NCBI GenBank assembly: GCA_964394145.1
Contig: CAYMVL010000033.1
Location: forward strand, 711 to 64,710
From: an uncultured Dehalococcoidales bacterium
GTDB taxonomy: Bacteria > Chloroflexota > Dehalococcoidia > GIF9 > AB-539-J10
Length of the DNA: 64,000 bases
Direction: 5' to 3'
The notes beneath the pieces are model-generated. The model was not told the DNA's origin. It made no database searches and saw nothing but the letters and a program-made list of their open reading frames with translations. Position numbers and translations under genes: made by a program. Positions 59,871-64,000 of this stretch are shown one piece after another (position 1 is the first letter of the stretch; every line of letters starts with the position of its first letter).

Positions 59871-62800
59871 ATGGACACCAAGTCAGGAACTAAGAAAACA
59901 GGGGCTGTCTTGGTCCTAGGGGGCGGGATAGGTGGAATACAAGCCTCGCTCGATCTTGCTGAATCCGGGTATAAAGTCTATTTAGTTGAGGAAGCCCCAG
60001 CTATAGGTGGCGTAATGGCCCAACTGGATAAGACTCTTCCTACCAACGATTGTTCCATGTGTATCCTATCGCCTAAGCTGGTGGAGTGCGGACGGCATTT
60101 CAATATTGAGCTTCTGACTTATAGCGAACTTCTTGATGTCGAAGGAGAGGCAGGCAGCTTCACTGCCACCGTGAAGAAGAAGGCGAGGTTTGTAGATGTT
60201 ACACGCTGCACTGCTTGTAACCTGTGTGCCGAAGGGTGCCCGGTGGTAATGAATAACGATTTCGAAGAGGGGTTGGGCCAGCGAAAGGCAATTTATAACC
60301 TCTATCAACAAGCAGTTCCTAATGCTTATGTTATTGATAAGAGGGAAGAAAGGCCCTGCAATGCTGCATGCAAGGATGCTTGCCCCATTCATATGAACGT
60401 TCCCGGTTACATAGCTTTGATCAAGCAGGGCATGTTTATAGAGGCCTATGACCTCATTAGAAAGACTAACCCCCTGCCCGGAGTCTGTGGGCGAGTTTGC
60501 TACGCTCCTTGTGAAGATGCCTGCAATCGGGGAGAGATGGACGCTCCCCTGGCAATCCGTGAACTGAAGAGATTTGTTGCTGACCAAATCGATATTGAGA
60601 GTGTTGCGACTCCTCAAGTTTCCAAGAACGGTAAGAGAGTGGCGATTATTGGCAGTGGTCCAGCAGGTCTGTCGGCAGCCCACGACCTTGCTCTCGAAGG
60701 CTACGATGTCCTTATATTTGAGGCTTTGCCAGAGCCGGGAGGGATGCTTCGATACGGAATTCCAGAATACCGTCTTCCAAAACATATTCTTGGCCAGGAG
60801 ATTGCCTATATCGAGAGACTGGGGGTGGAAATAAGGAGTGGTGTTAAGGTAGGTGATGACATAGGGCTTGAGGAACTGAGGAGTTCTTATGATGCTGTTT
60901 TTATCAGCGTCGGCGCCCAAGAAAGCTTGAAGCTGGGAATTCCCGGGGAAAATACTCCCGGGGTGATCCATGGCATTGATTTCTTGCGCAACATAAACAT
61001 GGGTCAGGGGATTAGCTTAGGGAAGAGAGTAGTGGTGGTCGGCGGCGGTAATGTCGCTATTGACGTTTCCAGAGTGGCAAGGAGATTAGGGGTCGAGGTT
61101 AGCATAATGTATAGGCGTTCTCGGTCCGAGATGCCAGCTACTTCTGAGGAGGTCGAATCTGCAGAGCAAGAGGGGGTTAAGATTGATTTCTTGGTCAGCC
61201 CTGTCAGGATAATTGCTGAAAATGGCAGAGTCTCTAAAATTGAATGTATTAGAATGGAGTTAGGAGCTCCAGATGAAAGCGGTCGCCGTCGCCCTGTAGC
61301 CATAGAAGGTTCCGAGTTCACTATCAGTGTTGATAGCATAATTCCGGCTTTGGGGCAAGCGTCAAATGTTGAGTTTGGTAAGAAGGCAGGCCTAGATATT
61401 GATCGCAATGGAGTTATTTCAGTGGATAAATCCACTTTCGCTACTAATATTGAGGGTATATTCGCAGGTGGGGATGTGGTTACCGGTCCGGCTATGGTTA
61501 TTGATGCCATAGCTGCGGGTAAGAAAGCAGCGTGTTCCATAGATGAGTACATTCGAGGTGAGCCTTTGACTTCTAAGGAAGATGAAAAGGCTCCTGAGAA
61601 GCTCAGCGAAGAGCAGCTTTCTGCGGCGAAACAGCGTTTTGCCTCTCAAAGTAGAGTAAAGGCGAAGGAACTAGAAGCCAGCCTGCGCATCGGAGGGTTT
61701 CTCGAGGTGGAAACAGGTTATTCCATTGCTGAAGCTCAGGCAGAAGCGGGTCGATGTTTAGCTTCGCAAATAGAAGGCTGTATTGGCTGTGGTGAATGTG
61801 AGCAAAGGTGTGGGGCTAAGGCTATTAATTACGACATGCGAGATGAAATTGTAAACTTGGAGGTGGGGTCGGTCATCTTGGCTCCCGGTCTTGATGAATT
61901 TGATCCTAGTCCCTTACTCAAATATGGATATGGTAAATACCCAAATGTTGTGACCAGCATCCAGTTTGAAAGAATTATGAATGCCTCAGGCCCATATCAA
62001 GGAGAAATCATAAGGCCTTCAGATAAGAAGGCGCCCCGCAAGATAGCGTGGATTCAATGTGTGGGCTCGAGAGACGAGAGCATCGGAGCAGGGTATTGCT
62101 CGTCGGTTTGTTGTGCTTATGCCATAAAACAAGCAATTATCGCTAAAGAACATGCGGGGCAGCAATTAGACACCGCGATATTCTTTATGGACATGAGACT
62201 GCATGGCAAGGGATATGAAAATTACTATAATCGGGCGAAAGAGGAGCACGAGGTAAAATTCATCCGTTCTAGGGTATACGGGATTCAGGAAATTGATGGT
62301 ACTGGGAATTTATCCCTCAGGTTCGCAGAGGAGGATGGAAAGTTAAACGAAGAGGAGTTTGATCTCGTAGTTTTATCGGTGGGATTTCGGCCCTCCAGAA
62401 AAGGCGCGGACCTAGCCCAAAGACTTGGTATACAGCTGAACAAATATGGATTTTGCCAGACAGGTGAATTTACGCCGGTGGAGACTTCGCGGCCCGGGAT
62501 ATTTGTCTGTGGAGCTTTTCAAGGACCTAAGGATATTCCGGAAACGGTGATGCAGGCGAGCGCGGCCGCGGCGAATTCCTCAGCTCTCCTTGCCTCGGGA
62601 CGGAATACACTAACTGTATCCAAAGAATACCCTCCTGAGAAGGATGTCACAGGCCAGCCTGCCAGAGTCGGTGCCTTCATTTGCCACTGTGGAATAAATA
62701 TCGGGGCACATGTAGATGTCCCCAGTGTAGTTGAATATGTCAGAACGCTTCCAAATGTTGCGTATGCCGAGCACAATGTCTACACCTGTTCTCAGGATAC

Positions 62801-64000
62801 TCAAGAACGGATAAAAGCAGCAATAAAGGAACACAATCTTAACCGGGTAGTGGTGGCTGCCTGTACTCCCATAACCCATGAGCCTTTGTTCCGAGAGACG
62901 ATAAGAGAGGCAGGTCTTAATCCGTTTCTGTTTGAGATGGCCAGTATCCGTGAACACTGTTCATGGGTTCATATGGACGAGCCTATTAAAGCAACACAGA
63001 AGGCCAAAGACCTTGTTCGGGCCGCAATTGCGCGAGCAGCCTTGCTTCAGCCTTTACACAAAGTAAGCCTCGGACTGAGTCATGACGCGCTCGTGGTCGG
63101 TGGAGGGATAGCGGGGATGACTGCAGCCCTTAACCTGGCTGAGCAAGGGTTCAAGGTATGCCTTGTGGAACAGGAGAAAGAGCTTGGAGGGTGGGTGAGG
63201 AAAGTACATATTCCTCTGGGTGAAACAAGCCCGCAAGATTATTTGCGCTCCCTGATAAAGAGAGTTGAGGGCAATGAACTTGTTGAAGTTCTCACCGAGA
63301 CCAAGGTGGTCAAATTCGAAGGATTTGTGGGCAACTTTAAAACCACAGTTGCTAGCGGGGAGAGGCAGAGGTTAATTGAGCACGGCGTGGTCATTATAGC
63401 TACGGGAGCTAAGGAATACAGGGGTGAGGAGTATTTGTTAGGACAAGACGACCGGGTGCTCACCCTCTCCGATCTTGAGGAGAAAATCATTAAGTCTGCT
63501 GCAGAGATAGCCAAAGTTAGAAATATCGCCATGGTTCTATGTATCCGACCTGAGGAAGGCAATTTCAATTACTGTAGCCGTGTCTGTTGCACGGGAGCGA
63601 TCAAGAATGCCCTGAAAATTAAGGAGATTAACCCGGAAGCAAACATATACATACTGTATAAGGATATCAGGACCTACGGATTTAAGGAGGAGCTCTATAC
63701 CAGGGCTAGGAAGGAAGGCATCATATTTATCCGGTATGATGACGAAAAGCCACCGCGCGTCAGTCCCAACGATGGCCATCTCGAGGTGAACGCGCTCGAC
63801 CCCATCCTGGGTGAGCAGCTTATCCTGACCGCAGATTTACTTGTCCTGGCTGAGCCTATGGTTCCTTCTGAGACTAACGAAGAACTGAGAAATATCATGA
63901 AGCTTACTCTTACCAAGGAAGGGTTCTTCCATGAGGCGCATGTGAAGCTTGCGCCGCTCGATTTCTCCTCAGAGGGAATATTTATGTGTGGCACGGCGCA
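59871..64000 (+). CDS. Giant HdrL-like flavo-iron-sulfur protein: tandem HdrA-like modules with an inserted GltD/NfnB-like NAD(P)H-binding domain (3' end beyond window)
   Basis: The frame is open from the ATG at 59871 to the window end (over 1376 aa). Module 1 is HdrA-like (VLVLGGGIGGIQASLDLAESGYKVYLVEE...LDKTLPTNDCSMC, with an inserted CTACNLCAEGCP). A GltD-like domain follows (KRVAIIGSGPAGLSAAHDLALEGYDV...VVVVGGGNVAIDVSR). The HdrA thiol/FeS tail follows (CIGCGECEQRC...CVGSRDES...YCSSVCCAYAIKQA). Module 2 repeats the pattern (ALVVGGGIAGMTAALNLAEQGFKV...CSRVCCTGAIKNA). Confidence 0.75.
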   Translation, partial: MDTKSGTKKTGAVLVLGGGIGGIQASLDLAESGYKVYLVEEAPAIGGVMAQLDKTLPTNDCSMCILSPKLVECGRHFNIELLTYSELLDVEGEAGSFTATVKKKARFVDVTRCTACNLCAEGCPVVMNNDFEEGLGQRKAIYNLYQQAVPNAYVIDKREERPCNAACKDACPIHMNVPGYIALIKQGMFIEAYDLIRKTNPLPGVCGRVCYAPCEDACNRGEMDAPLAIRELKRFVADQIDIESVATPQVSKNGKRVAIIGSGPAGLSAAHDLALEGYDVLIFEALPEPGGMLRYGIPEYRLPKHILGQEIAYIERLGVEIRSGVKVGDDIGLEELRSSYDAVFISVGAQESLKLGIPGENTPGVIHGIDFLRNINMGQGISLGKRVVVVGGGNVAIDVSRVARRLGVEVSIMYRRSRSEMPATSEEVESAEQEGVKIDFLVSPVRIIAENGRVSKIECIRMELGAPDESGRRRPVAIEGSEFTISVDSIIPALGQASNVEFGKKAGLDIDRNGVISVDKSTFATNIEGIFAGGDVVTGPAMVIDAIAAGKKAACSIDEYIRGEPLTSKEDEKAPEKLSEEQLSAAKQRFASQSRVKAKELEASLRIGGFLEVETGYSIAEAQAEAGRCLASQIEGCIGCGECEQRCGAKAINYDMRDEIVNLEVGSVILAPGLDEFDPSPLLKYGYGKYPNVVTSIQFERIMNASGPYQGEIIRPSDKKAPRKIAWIQCVGSRDESIGAGYCSSVCCAYAIKQAIIAKEHAGQQLDTAIFFMDMRLHGKGYENYYNRAKEEHEVKFIRSRVYGIQEIDGTGNLSLRFAEEDGKLNEEEFDLVVLSVGFRPSRKGADLAQRLGIQLNKYGFCQTGEFTPVETSRPGIFVCGAFQGPKDIPETVMQASAAAANSSALLASGRNTLTVSKEYPPEKDVTGQPARVGAFICHCGINIGAHVDVPSVVEYVRTLPNVAYAEHNVYTCSQDTQERIKAAIKEHNLNRVVVAACTPITHEPLFRETIREAGLNPFLFEMASIREHCSWVHMDEPIKATQKAKDLVRAAIARAALLQPLHKVSLGLSHDALVVGGGIAGMTAALNLAEQGFKVCLVEQEKELGGWVRKVHIPLGETSPQDYLRSLIKRVEGNELVEVLTETKVVKFEGFVGNFKTTVASGERQRLIEHGVVIIATGAKEYRGEEYLLGQDDRVLTLSDLEEKIIKSAAEIAKVRNIAMVLCIRPEEGNFNYCSRVCCTGAIKNALKIKEINPEANIYILYKDIRTYGFKEELYTRARKEGIIFIRYDDEKPPRVSPNDGHLEVNALDPILGEQLILTADLLVLAEPMVPSETNEELRNIMKLTLTKEGFFHEAHVKLAPLDFSSEGIFMCGTA

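Noticed and set aside
60066-61552. Two long minus-strand ORFs of 301 aa and 182 aa.
   Set aside because: Both lie antisense within the uninterrupted HdrL-like reading frame. That frame has clear HdrA and GltD motifs on the plus strand.
1-64000. CRISPR arrays, tRNA genes and rRNA genes.
   Set aside because: No direct-repeat or spacer periodicity was seen. No GGTTCGAATCC-type T-arm within a cloverleaf-sized intergenic segment was seen. No rRNA-like stretch was seen. All intergenic regions are shorter than 900 bp.

Overview
The window reads as a bacterial chromosome with two parts. Gene content, frequent TTG/GTG starts and ATGA-type overlaps suggest a Chloroflexi/Dehalococcoidia-like anaerobe, though no rRNA is present to confirm this. 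Part one (1-37.2 kb) is mostly housekeeping: glnA (partial), pdxT, nadE, hisF, a Glu/Leu/Phe/Val-type dehydrogenase, a polyprenyl synthase, tpiA, miaA, hflX, a YggS-family protein, xth, an MtnX-like HAD phosphatase, a radical-SAM protein, uvrA, thyX, glyQS, an acyl-CoA dehydrogenase, an ade-hpt purine-salvage pair, trpS, an lrp-aminotransferase operon and gatC-plsY-gatA. A small accessory patch at about 27.3-30.2 kb holds a decayed IS481/IS3-like transposase relic, a PaaK/F390-synthetase-like adenylating enzyme and an unknown 192-aa protein. Part two (37.6 kb to the end of the window, over 26 kb, all on the + strand) is one very large carbonyl-branch and methyl-branch Wood-Ljungdahl supercluster. 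Its order is cooC, fhs, a standalone NuoG-N-terminal-like FeS protein, acsE, then an archaeal-type five-subunit CODH/ACS (cdhD, cdhA with a ferredoxin insertion, cdhB epsilon, a short cdhC, cdhE), NuoE-like and NuoF-like genes, cooC, a tiny Zn-ribbon ORF, a third cooC, metV, metF, a cNMP-binding histidine kinase, a second metF, two receiver-only response regulators, hdrC, hdrC, hdrB and a giant HdrL-like protein that runs off the window after more than 1376 aa. This protein has tandem HdrA modules plus a GltD/NfnB-like NAD(P)H domain. No rRNA, tRNA or CRISPR array was detected by eye. Findings are ordered by interest rather than by coordinate. The most interesting features are the chimeric archaeal-ACDS plus bacterial AcsE/Fhs/THF cluster, its NuoEF plus truncated-NuoG electron module, the embedded cNMP-kinase/orphan-receiver signalling unit, and the HdrL-MetVF putative bifurcating module. 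All calls are from reading the sequence and from motif knowledge, with no database searches.
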